A stretch of 64,000 nt of DNA from Alphaproteobacteria bacterium (GTDB taxonomy: Bacteria > Pseudomonadota > Alphaproteobacteria > MPNO01 > UBA830): contig OZ251539.1 in NCBI GenBank assembly GCA_965243135.1, positions 5,568,001 to 5,632,000 on the forward strand, in the 5' to 3' direction. A program made the translations under genes and the position numbers. The notes beneath the pieces were generated by a model. That model was not told the origin of the DNA. It saw only the letters and a program-made list of their open reading frames with translations, and searched no databases. Of the stretch, positions 29,121 to 38,237 are shown piece after piece. Each line of letters opens with the position of its first letter. Position 1 is the stretch's first letter.

Positions 29121-30769
29121 CAGAAATTCCCGCTAAGGTGGCCGCCCTTTGCGAAAGGCGCGTCGAGATAGCGTCGTTACCGAGGGACCAGCCGCCGCGA
29201 CGCACCTTCCCCGCTTCGGCTTGGTGCCGACTTAGCCTTGACCATCCTGTTTCCCCTGAAAAACTTGCTTTAGCACATTCGGTCACGGTGCCAGGTCAGG
29301 AGGTGTCGTAGGGAATTCCCTCTGCTTTCCGGTATCCAAACGCGATCATTCGGTAGAGTGTTTCCCAGTCCTTCAAGAAGTATTCGAGAAACAATCCCCG
29401 CGCCTTTTCCCAGAAGTAAATGGGCCGCTTGGCCTTCGTTTGCGCCTGTTGGAACAGTTTGCAACATCGCTGTTGAATCTGGTCAATCAGGAACGCCAGC
29501 ATCATCAGGAACGCAAAGACCGTCGACAGATTCTTGTTACCGTGACCGAAGTTGTGCTCAAAGCAGTAGCCTTGGTTCTTCAGGGTGTTGAAAGTTTCGT
29601 TCTCGATCTTCCAGCGCGCCCGCCCGGTGCGCATCAACTCCATCAGGTTCCCTTCGTCAATTGGCAGATCCGTGACCCAGGAGAAACGTTGTTTCTTGCC
29701 GTTTGGGAGCTTCTCCCAGTATTCGAGAAAGTTCACTTTGAGGTCGAAGTGCGTATCGTTCAGAGGCACTCCGTTAAGATACCGGAATTCGTGCCGTATG
29801 TTGTCACCGTCCGTGAACTCCCGGCGCTCCACGGACGGCGCGTTGTTGACCCACTCGAACAGGAACTTGTGGTCGCCGGGCTTCGCCCCCAGTATGAAAC
29901 GCATGTCTAACTCCTTGAGAAGATTGGCATGCGGTCCGTTCGAGGCCAGCCCATCTTCCAACACAACCAGCTTCAGGTGCGGGTGTTCGCGACGCACATC
30001 TTTCAGAAGCCGTTTCGCTGCGTTGCGTTCGCAATCGTTCTTTTTTGCGCCGTCTTCCTTCAGGATCGGTTCCGGTGCAAACGGAAAAACCTCCTTTTGT
30101 TCCGGATGCACCAGAACGGCTCCCAACATCTGGTGGTAGTAGGTAATCGTACCGTCGCGGTGGTGTTTCTCGCAGCAATTTTTACAGTGCACCTTGTCCG
30201 ACGAGAAGTATCCCGTTCCATCGATCGAAAGAGCGTAATGCCCGTTCAGACAAGTGTATTCTTCCAATCCCTTGCCTCGTTGCAAAACCTGGAACATCTT
30301 CGTGAAACAACGCCGCAATTGCCGCGGACAGACTTCGTCAAGCCGTTCGCGCATCGCAGTGTCCGACGGCACGCGCTTGACGCCGTATAAGGTCGCGAGG
30401 TTGTGCCGAACCACTTCGTCGGCGTGCGCGGCCTCGTCGAATTGCAGAAGCGACGCATACTTCATACCGAACACCGCTAGACCCGACATCAGACAGTCCG
30501 TCTGGTTCAGCCCCCTGCTCGCGATCGGATCTTCGATACGGTCGAAACAAGCTCGCACTTCCTTCAGCAATCCCGGAGCGCTGAGCGTCTTGCGCATGCC
30601 TGGCATTCTGGCCATTTTGGTTACAATCCCGCCTCGCCTTCGGACCACTTTCCAGAGAAAAATGCTCCGCTCGAAGGCAAATAGCCCCGAATCACCTCGA
30701 AAAGTCCACGAAAGACTTTTTTCCGGCCCCATATTTTTCAAGGGTTTCGAGCCTTAGCGGGAATTGCTG
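29121..30769 (-). mobile_element. Insertion sequence, 1649 bp, DDE type (ISNCY-like), 18-bp IRs, 9-bp TSD
   Basis: IR CAGAAATTCCCGCTAAGG (29121-29138) vs CCTTAGCGGGAATTGCTG (30752-30769), one mismatch; TSD GCGTAGGAG at 29112-29120 and 30770-30778. Confidence 0.95.
29296..30615 (-). CDS. DDE transposase
   Basis: SIDGTG, EDGLASN, GRARWKIENETFNTLK; CKNC zinc motif; uninterrupted frame. Confidence 0.92.
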   Translation of the reverse strand: MARMPGMRKTLSAPGLLKEVRACFDRIEDPIASRGLNQTDCLMSGLAVFGMKYASLLQFDEAAHADEVVRHNLATLYGVKRVPSDTAMRERLDEVCPRQLRRCFTKMFQVLQRGKGLEEYTCLNGHYALSIDGTGYFSSDKVHCKNCCEKHHRDGTITYYHQMLGAVLVHPEQKEVFPFAPEPILKEDGAKKNDCERNAAKRLLKDVRREHPHLKLVVLEDGLASNGPHANLLKELDMRFILGAKPGDHKFLFEWVNNAPSVERREFTDGDNIRHEFRYLNGVPLNDTHFDLKVNFLEYWEKLPNGKKQRFSWVTDLPIDEGNLMELMRTGRARWKIENETFNTLKNQGYCFEHNFGHGNKNLSTVFAFLMMLAFLIDQIQQRCCKLFQQAQTKAKRPIYFWEKARGLFLEYFLKDWETLYRMIAFGYRKAEGIPYDTS

Positions 30770-31248
30770 GCGTAGGAGCGGCCCGCGGCGTCGGTCGGCC
30801 TTTTGAACAGGAACGCCTTGCGGTCGCTTTCGCGCAATCCGCCCCGGAACTGCCAGCGCACGAGCGGCACCATTTCGGTGTCCTTGTTGACCGGTTCGTC
30901 GATCACGTAGAGGAGGCCTCGCGCTTTCAATTCGTCGATATGCTGCTGCAGATCGCGATAGTTTCGTCCTTTATCCATATTCTCCGCGCCTCCCGGATTG
31001 ACGATGGCGGTTATGCCACGGCGCAGGGAAAGAGTCTGCATGGGACGTGACCGCCTGCGTTCAGCCCACGGCCCGGCTCGCCCCGGGTTTGCGACGCGGC
31101 GGCGCGGCAACCTGATATCCGCTTTTCGTTCTGAAGTCTGAGCCTCCGCGAGGCCCTTGCGGGTCCGTCGTCGGGCGGGCGAAGCGGTCCACAGGGTGCC
31201 GGGCGGGAGGGAGGCCGACAAAAAATCGCACAGCGCAAACGGCTCTAC

Positions 31249-31276
31249 TTGATTAGCGTTAGAGGAATAGTATAAT
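31249..31276 (+). promoter_or_regulatory. Sigma70-type promoter for the DUF2188 pair
   Basis: TTGATT-16 bp-TATAAT ahead of a GGAG RBS and ATG 31314. Confidence 0.6.
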
Positions 31277-31313
31277 TGATGCTTGGATCGCAGTCATCTC
31301 GGAGAGAAGACAA

Positions 31314-31547
31314 ATGTCTGGCAAGGATGTGCATGTCGTTCGGCGAGACGGGAAATGGGCTGTGCGCAAGGCTGGAGCCGATCGCATCACCCGAAGTTAT
31401 GGCACTAAACAAGAAGCTATTGACGCCGCGCGAGAATTCGCCAGAAATCAGGGAACCGCACTATACATTCACGGAAATGACGGTCGAATCTGCGAACGAT
31501 TTGCCTATGAGAAAGACTCGTTACAACGGCGAGATAAAGTTGCTTGA
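31314..31547 (+). CDS. DUF2188 domain small protein
   Basis: HVV..GKWAVRKAGA.R....TKQEAIDAAREFARNQGTALYIHG.DGRI pattern. Confidence 0.85.
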   Translation: MSGKDVHVVRRDGKWAVRKAGADRITRSYGTKQEAIDAAREFARNQGTALYIHGNDGRICERFAYEKDSLQRRDKVA

Positions 31548-32172
31548 TCCTGACTTTAATCGAAACGTATTCGTCAATTGTCCATTTGACGATCAGTACA
31601 AACCTATTTTACAAGCTGTTCTTTTCTGTCTTGTAGTACTTGAACTGAAACCACGCCTCGCAACCGAACGAAGCGATGCGGGCGAACAACGTATAATCAA
31701 GATTCGTGAACTTATTGCTTCATCCCGATATTCGATTCACGATCTCAGCAGGTGTGAAGCACGCTATGCCGGAGAACTTTCCAGACTCAATATGCCTTTT
31801 GAACTTGGAATGGATTTTGGATGCCGTTACTATGGCGGAACTCGATATTCAAAAAAAGTCATTCTTGTACTTGAAGAGGAGCGTTATCGATATCAGAAGG
31901 TGATATCCGATTTGGCGGGAAGCGATATAGAAGCGCATGGCGGCGATTACGAGGCCGCCGTAAGAATAGTGCGAAGATGGATTACCGAACAAAATCGATC
32001 ACAAAAACTTGGCACCAAGCGCATCTTTTCTCTGTACGAAGATTTCCAAAGATGGAATTATAGACGGCAGCTGACGGCAGGTTATTCTGACAAAGACATT
32101 CAAGAATATTCAACATCTGAACTCTTGCACGCGATGTTCGAGTGGAGGAAACACGGCAGGCCAAGGAGCTGA
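31540..32172 (+). CDS. Hypothetical protein, nucleoside-deoxyribosyltransferase/TIR-like fold
   Basis: TTG start overlapping DUF2188; VFVNCPFD, SIHDLS, NMPFELG, SDLAG; low GC. Confidence 0.65.
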   Translation: MLDPDFNRNVFVNCPFDDQYKPILQAVLFCLVVLELKPRLATERSDAGEQRIIKIRELIASSRYSIHDLSRCEARYAGELSRLNMPFELGMDFGCRYYGGTRYSKKVILVLEEERYRYQKVISDLAGSDIEAHGGDYEAAVRIVRRWITEQNRSQKLGTKRIFSLYEDFQRWNYRRQLTAGYSDKDIQEYSTSELLHAMFEWRKHGRPRS

Positions 32173-32648
32173 CATTCGTTGTCGATCAAGCATTTGACGA
32201 TCAGACCTCTTCGATATCAATAGACAGTCACATAACCAGGAGGGGTGTGGATCTATTTCTGCCAAGCTCCCGTAAGCGTTCGGTCGCGAGGTGACCTGCC
32301 TATTCCGGCCCCGATGCAGGGCGGGCGCACGCTGGTTGCATGTTTCCTCAGGCTTTCCGCCCATGGCTTCGAGCGAACCCTGGAGGTTCGATGGCGAAAG
32401 TCCGCTTCGCCCTCGACGACCGTTCCCGGCGCTTCGCCCGTGAGTCGCTGAAGTCCCGGGAAGCGCATCAGGCGGGGAACCGGGCACGGGCGAGCCTTTT
32501 CACGGTTTCGAAGTGAGCGGAGTCAGGGATCCCGCCCGGTTGCCTTCACCGATTGCAGTTATTATATCAGGCATGCTCAGGAGTGGGGCCGAAAGCAAAG
32601 CGGGTCGTGGTGCGTTTCATCGGTGACGGCGTTCTGCGGGAGGGAAAA

Positions 32649-32765
32649 ATGGAAGGGTATCTGCCATATTCAGGTAAGCACTCGATACGGGAGGCGGTGG
32701 TTCCCGTTTATTTTTCGGCGGAATTTCTGCCGATTTTATCGGTGGCGTCGTCGTCGATTTCATGA
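32649..32765 (+). pseudogene. N-terminal stub resembling the TIGR04255 family
   Basis: GGAGG RBS; MEGYLPYSGKHSIREAVVPVYF; stops after 38 aa. Confidence 0.4.
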
Positions 32766-33160
32766 AGCTGCGGGACAAGAGCACCGATTGGCGGCCGGTG
32801 CCTTCGCCATTAAAACTCTCACCTGCGCATCGATTGCTCAAGAAGCTGGAAGCGCTTCGGGAGACGCCCGAGGAAGAGCGATGGCCGGATTGGCCCGATG
32901 CCCAAGCCTTTGAAGATGCGCGCGCATTCGTTTTGCGTCTGCCGTTGACTTCGATTCCGCTTCCCGATATTGGTTTGGCCGATGATGGGGAAGTAAACTT
33001 TCTGTGGAAGGATGGCGGTGTTCATGTCGATCTGGGATTCTATGGAGCGCGTACCTTCTCTTATTTTGCACAAGGTAAAGACGGCAGAAAGATGTACGGT
33101 GAAGAGGCCCGGGTTTCCGAGGGGCTTCCAGCAAAAATTATCGCTTTGCTCTCAGCGTAA
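32762..33160 (+). CDS. Hypothetical protein (possibly N-terminally truncated)
   Basis: Globular-looking WPDAQAFEDARAFV..LP..PDIGLADDGEVNFLW..DLGFYG; tightly linked to both neighbours. Confidence 0.65.
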   Translation: MKLRDKSTDWRPVPSPLKLSPAHRLLKKLEALRETPEEERWPDWPDAQAFEDARAFVLRLPLTSIPLPDIGLADDGEVNFLWKDGGVHVDLGFYGARTFSYFAQGKDGRKMYGEEARVSEGLPAKIIALLSA

Positions 33161-33177
33161 TTTTGATATTCTCTTCC

Positions 33178-33657
33178 ATGCCGCATCTTGACGAGGGCAG
33201 TAGCGCCGCGCCGGATCTCTCGCTTGGACCGGTCAGGGATGAGGAAATCCTTCTTCGGGAAATATTCAATTCCCAACAGATTAAAGATGGAGTGCTCCTT
33301 GAGCGAGCGGTTTTTCCTGAGGACTTGCGATCAAGAGGGTTTTCAGTTCATCGAAAAAAGTACGTTACGGAAGAGTTCATAAGAGCAAGGATAAATGAGC
33401 GCCTTTTGAGACCAAGAAAAGAAGCGCCGTGGGAAGCCGAAAGTGTAGCGACAATCGAAACTTCCAAAGTACGGCAAGTTTGTGTGGATGACAAGCGGGC
33501 ATTCATTGTAATCGATACGGCTAACGAAGACAATCGAGGTCATGCAAGTATCTATGCTGCAAATCGGAAATGCGACAAGGCGCATGCTCGGGAGTTGCGG
33601 AAGCATCTCTTGCCGCTTTTGCGGAAAAGGGAAATGGTGGAGGAAATTTTCAAATGA
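33178..33657 (+). CDS. Hypothetical protein, possible ADP-ribosyltransferase-like fold
   Basis: EILLR, GFSVHR and DTANEDNRGHASI pattern; low GC; start could be 33163. Confidence 0.6.
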   Translation: MPHLDEGSSAAPDLSLGPVRDEEILLREIFNSQQIKDGVLLERAVFPEDLRSRGFSVHRKKYVTEEFIRARINERLLRPRKEAPWEAESVATIETSKVRQVCVDDKRAFIVIDTANEDNRGHASIYAANRKCDKAHARELRKHLLPLLRKREMVEEIFK

Positions 33658-34327
33658 TAACGAGCTTGGACTGCTTGGTGCATTATCTACAGGTAGAACC
33701 GTCCTTTCGGAAATTGCGCCGTGCATTTGGGAGCGGCCATTGAAGGGGTGAACTGAACGGTTCGGGGCAGCTGTCGGCCGCGATGGACGATTGGCGGCAT
33801 CCCGACGCCCGAAGCCGCAGCACGAGCGATCGGCGGACGTCAACTCCTCCAACTTCGAAACGGCCTGTTGCGTCCGCAAGCGGCTCGTAGGCCTCGCCCG
33901 GTTCTCGAAAGTTTTGAAACGTCCTCAAGGTCAAGCCGTCAGTGGATCATGGAGCGAAGGCGCGGTTTCGGCGAACGTTGATTCCGTGTCGCGAAGAGTC
34001 ACCGGCTCGGGTCCGCCGCCCCCTGACGGCGTGCGACGTTCGCTCCTTTCCCCCGTCTTCCCGGTTTTCGCCGGCCTTGGAACGCTTTTTCTTCCGGGTT
34101 TCGGCTCGGCGGCCAATCTCCTTCTACCCGGCGGAGGACCGCATAGCGTCCGGGGTCGATCCCCGGCGCCGGCAGGCTCGATCCGCTCCTGCGCTGTCCG
34201 TAAGGGGAGCATGCCGCGGGTACGGATTCGAATCGTCACCATATATACTCGATATACTCGCGAGATGGCGACCCGGCCACTCGGCGGAGAGATTTTGAAT
34301 GAACCTCAGGACGCATCGGAGGATGGC

Positions 34328-34966
34328 ATGAGCATGAACGCTGCGCGGGATCTGGCGGATTTCCTGAAAGGGAAGCGTTTCGGTACGATTCTGGCGGATC
34401 CGCCCTGGCGGTTCGCCAACCGCACCGGCAAGGTCGCGCCGGAACATCGTCGCCTCGCGCGCTATCCAACCCTTTCGGTCGAGGAAATATGCTCCCTTCC
34501 GATTGCGGACCACCTCAAGGAGGTCGCGCACTGCTACCTTTGGGTGCCGAACGCCTTGCTGCCGGATGGGCTGGAGGTGCTGAGCGGATGGGGGTTCGAG
34601 TACAAGACGAACCTGATCTGGCACAAGGTCCGCATGGATGGCGGGTCGGACGGACGGGGCGTCGGCTTTTATTTCCGCAATGTCACGGAAATGGTCCTTT
34701 TCGGGGTTCGCGGCAAGGGAGCGAGGACGCTTTCCCCCGGGCGCCGTCAGGTCAATCTTTTCGCCAGCCGCAAGCGCGAGCATTCGCGCAAGCCGGACGA
34801 GCAGTATTCGATCATCGAGGGTTGCAGCAGGTCCCCCTATCTCGAACTGTTCGGGCGCGGCAAGCGTCCGAATTGGACCGTCTGGGGCAATCAGGCGAGC
34901 GACGAATATGCGCCGACGTGGAGCACCTACCGTTACAATTCCGGCAATTCGCGGCCGACCGCGTGA
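34328..34966 (+). CDS. MT-A70 family DNA adenine methyltransferase
   Basis: ILADPPW, LWVPNALL, YFRNVTE, REHSRKP, LELFGR; GGAGG RBS. Confidence 0.92.
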   Translation: MSMNAARDLADFLKGKRFGTILADPPWRFANRTGKVAPEHRRLARYPTLSVEEICSLPIADHLKEVAHCYLWVPNALLPDGLEVLSGWGFEYKTNLIWHKVRMDGGSDGRGVGFYFRNVTEMVLFGVRGKGARTLSPGRRQVNLFASRKREHSRKPDEQYSIIEGCSRSPYLELFGRGKRPNWTVWGNQASDEYAPTWSTYRYNSGNSRPTA

Positions 34967-35655
34967 GCGTTGCCGATCTTGTGCAGGCAGGGTTCGACAC
35001 CGACGTTCGCAATCACGCACGGGCTATCCTCGAGCAGGATTTTCGCGAGCCGCTTGCGGAATTTTGCGGCGCGTTGCTGTCGGCGGAGGTCGGCGCGGTC
35101 GAGTTGATCAGGGGCGGCGGAGGCGAAGCGGGCTTGAGCCAGAGATTGCGCCGCGACCTGACGGAGCGGGGATGGCGCAAGCGGAGGATCCGCAAGATCG
35201 TGGACGACGACGAGAGGTCTACGCACGAAATCGACCATGTGAGGGAGACGGAGCGCGGTGCCGTGGCTCCGGAGATCGAGTGGAACGACAAGGATCCCTT
35301 CTTCGACCGCGATCTCGAGAACTTCCATCGGCTTCATGCCGAGGGAGCGGTCAGCGTGGGCGTCCCGCGGCGCTTCATTGCAGACGAATATGCGGCGGAT
35401 GACTGGGCGGAAGGCAACGCTGCGAGCGGATTCGACGATCTTCGCGAATTCGACGTGACGCCGACGGATAGGCAGCGCCGGAAGGTCGATGACGCGCACA
35501 GGCCGGTCGTTTGTCGATGCATGATGTTCGTGGGCGACAAATTCGGCGCCGCGACGACGCATTGGACGAAACTGCAAGACCGTCTGGCAAGAGGAGTCGG
35601 AACTCCCTGCCCTCTGTTCCTCGTCGGGATTCCCGCGAACGTCGTCAACAGGTAG
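34963..35655 (+). pseudogene. BglII/BstYI family type II restriction endonuclease, apparently degenerate
   Basis: HEIDHV and EIEWNDKDPFFDRDLENF core. The frame is open, but segments look shortened or substituted relative to the family pattern as I recall it. Confidence 0.65.
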
Positions 35656-35837
35656 GCATGGGACGGACTGGCGTTCTCTACGGGATGAGCGAGCGGCGTT
35701 CGGATTCGAGGCGAGCCGATTGGCCGTGCGCATTCGCTCAGCGATGCTCGGCTCGTCGGGCTTCGGAGGATTCAAGGGACCGATACCGGAATGCGGCGTC
35801 GCACCTGCGGGAGCGTTTTCAGCGAGGATGATCGCGA

Positions 35838-36617
35838 GTGAGCTACGAAACCATACTTTACCAAGAGGACGGCCCTGTCGGCACGGTCACGCTCAACCGG
35901 CCGGAAGACGGGAACATGTTCACCGAGCGGATGTGCCACGAGATTCGCGATTGCCTGAACGGCGTTCGCCGCGAAACCCGCACCCGCGTCGCGGTGATCA
36001 CGGGCGCCGGCGACCGGTTTTTCTGCATCGGCGGCCGCAAGGACGGAATGCCGGATACGAAGCTGTATGCCGGCGTGCTGCCGACGCTCGAGATGTACGA
36101 AGCCATCGACCGGCTGCAGAAGCCGGTGATCGCCAGCGTCAACGGTTACGCGGTCGGCGGCGGCAACGTGCTGCAGATGGTCTGCGACCTCACCATCGCC
36201 AAGGAGAGCGCGGTGTTCCGTCAGGTCGGCCCGATGATGGGATCCTTCGACGCCGGTTACGGCACCTGGTATCTCGAAGACCTCGTCGGGAAGAAGAAGG
36301 CCAAGGAGATGTGGTACTGCAACGTCAGGATCAAGGCCGCCGAAGCCCTCGAAATCGGTCTGGTCAATCGCGTCGTGCCCGACGACGAACTGGCGGAGGC
36401 GACGCGGGCGTTCGCGCTGGAGGTCGCCGACAGAGGCGCGTTCGCGCTGGCTTCCATCAAGGGGGCGTTCAACGCGCGCCACGGCGGCGTCGGCGGTCTG
36501 GCTCGCCTCGCCCACGACCTGCTGCTGCGCGGCTACCTCGACAGCGAGGAGGCGAAGGAACTGAGCGCCGCCTTCGGCGAACGCCGCCGACCCGACCCCG
36601 GCAAGTTCGGTCGCTGA
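35838..36617 (+). CDS. Crotonase family, MenB/BadI clade
   Basis: FCIGG, GYAVGGG, FRQVGPMMGSFDAGYG. Confidence 0.88.
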   Translation: MSYETILYQEDGPVGTVTLNRPEDGNMFTERMCHEIRDCLNGVRRETRTRVAVITGAGDRFFCIGGRKDGMPDTKLYAGVLPTLEMYEAIDRLQKPVIASVNGYAVGGGNVLQMVCDLTIAKESAVFRQVGPMMGSFDAGYGTWYLEDLVGKKKAKEMWYCNVRIKAAEALEIGLVNRVVPDDELAEATRAFALEVADRGAFALASIKGAFNARHGGVGGLARLAHDLLLRGYLDSEEAKELSAAFGERRRPDPGKFGR

Positions 36618-36620
36618 GCG

Positions 36621-38237
36621 GTGCGGCCGTTTCTCACCCTGCACGACCCCGCCCGCGCCGCAGCCTATTACGAAAAGGGCCTCTGGACCGGCGACACGTT
36701 CTACGGCCTGATGGCGCGCCACGCCGCGGAACGCCCGGACGCGACCGCCTATCGCGACGGCGCGGCGGCGCTGACCTGGCGCGAGCTCGCCGAACGGGTG
36801 GACGCGCTCGCCGCCGAATTCCTCGCCCTCGGCCTCGTGCCGGGCGATCGCGTCTCGATCTGGATGTCGAACCGCGTGGAGCCGGTGATTGCCTTTCTCG
36901 CCTGTTCGCGCGGCGGTCACACCGTCAACCCGTCGCTTCACCGGACCCATACTTGCGCCGAGATCGGCGCGCTGCTTCGCCGGCTCGATACGGCGGTGCT
37001 GATCGCGGAGCCCGGCTGGGGCGCTGACCGCGGCGGCGGCAATCTCGAAGCGGAGATCGCGAATCTGCCCGGTTTGCGCGCCGTCCTGACGCCCGCTTCG
37101 TTTCCCGTATCCGGCCGGACGCCCGCCCGACCGCCGTTCGAAGATCCCGACGGCGTCGCCTATCTCGCCTTCACCTCCGGGACGACCGGGCCGCCCAAAT
37201 GCGTCATGCACTCCGCCAATACGCTGATGTCGAATCCGCGCGACATGGCGCGCGACTGGAAGCTCGGCGCCGACGCGCGCATCCTGACGCTGAGCCCGCT
37301 CTCGCACCACATCGCCTGGGTGGCGTTCAGCGAGTGGCTGATCTGCGGGGGCCAGTTGATCGTCGATGCGCCGCCTGCGGGCATGAGCAGGCTCGACTGG
37401 ATCGTCGAGACCGGCGCGACCTACGTCATGGGCGTGCCGACGCACGCGATGGACGTTCTCGCCGCGCAACGCGCGGCGGGGCTGGACCGGCTCGGCGACG
37501 TGCGGACGTTCTACATGGCCGGCGCGCCGATACCGCCGGTCGTGTGCGAGGCTCTCGTCGGCCAGGGCATCAAGCCGCAGAACGTCTACGGCATGACCGA
37601 GAACTCGTCGCATCAGTACACGCATCCGGACGACGATCCGTACGTGTGGACGCGCACCTGCGGCCGCGGCGGTCCGGCCTACGAGGTGAGGATCGTCGAC
37701 GCCGAGGATCCCGACCGGCCTGCCGCGCCCGGCGATGTCGGCCAGATCGCCGGACGGGGCGCCGCGCTGATGCTGGGGTACTTCGGGAACCAGGAGGCGA
37801 CCCAGGAGAGCTTCAATCGCGACGGCTGGTTTCTGTCGGGGGATCTCGGCCGCCTCGACGAGAACGGCAACCTGCACGTCGAGGGGCGGCTCAAGGACCT
37901 CATCATCCGCGGCGGGCACAACATCTACCCGGCGCATATCGAGGCGCTGGCGCTGCGCGACCCGGCCGTCGAAGCGGCCGCCGCCTTCCCGGTGCCCGAC
38001 GAGCGCCTGGGCGAGCGGGTCTGCCTCGCGGTGATCGGGGAGGTCGCGCCGGACCGCCTGCTTCGGCATCTGGATGCGCAAGGCCTTTCCAAATACGATA
38101 TGCCGGAGTACTTCGCGCGGATCGACGGTTTCCCGCTGACGGCGAGCGGCAAGATCCTCAAGCGCGAACTGATCGAAATGCACCGGCGCGGCGAGATCGA
38201 GCCCGTGCCGGTGCGCTTCCGGGAGACCGTTCGATGA
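36621..38237 (+). CDS. Acyl-CoA synthetase (class I adenylate-forming; AliA-like)
   Basis: FTSGTTGPPK, YGMTE, SGDLG, IIRGGHNIYP, TASGKI. Confidence 0.9.
   Translation: MRPFLTLHDPARAAAYYEKGLWTGDTFYGLMARHAAERPDATAYRDGAAALTWRELAERVDALAAEFLALGLVPGDRVSIWMSNRVEPVIAFLACSRGGHTVNPSLHRTHTCAEIGALLRRLDTAVLIAEPGWGADRGGGNLEAEIANLPGLRAVLTPASFPVSGRTPARPPFEDPDGVAYLAFTSGTTGPPKCVMHSANTLMSNPRDMARDWKLGADARILTLSPLSHHIAWVAFSEWLICGGQLIVDAPPAGMSRLDWIVETGATYVMGVPTHAMDVLAAQRAAGLDRLGDVRTFYMAGAPIPPVVCEALVGQGIKPQNVYGMTENSSHQYTHPDDDPYVWTRTCGRGGPAYEVRIVDAEDPDRPAAPGDVGQIAGRGAALMLGYFGNQEATQESFNRDGWFLSGDLGRLDENGNLHVEGRLKDLIIRGGHNIYPAHIEALALRDPAVEAAAAFPVPDERLGERVCLAVIGEVAPDRLLRHLDAQGLSKYDMPEYFARIDGFPLTASGKILKRELIEMHRRGEIEPVPVRFRETVR

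Larger units (their letters stand above)
27665..30978 (-). pseudogene. UbiD family decarboxylase interrupted by an IS
   Basis: 5' part 30978-30770 (YRDLQQHIDEL...), 3' part 29120-27665 (NMGTYR, EGPFGE, DATMK). Removing the IS and one target copy restores ..GRSYAFPVVIGALAAN.. in frame. Confidence 0.92.

Noticed and set aside
31276-31539. N-terminal extension of the 298-aa ORF
   Set aside because: Overlaps the DUF2188 gene in another frame; TTG 31540 is the more plausible start.
33660-34320. Intergenic stretch and the N-terminal extension of ORF 33791-34966
   Set aside because: No recognisable motif, repeat or RNA signature; the MTase starts at 34328.
35838-36617. Calling this gene menB
   Set aside because: No other menaquinone genes; the context is beta-oxidation, so only the clade is assigned.
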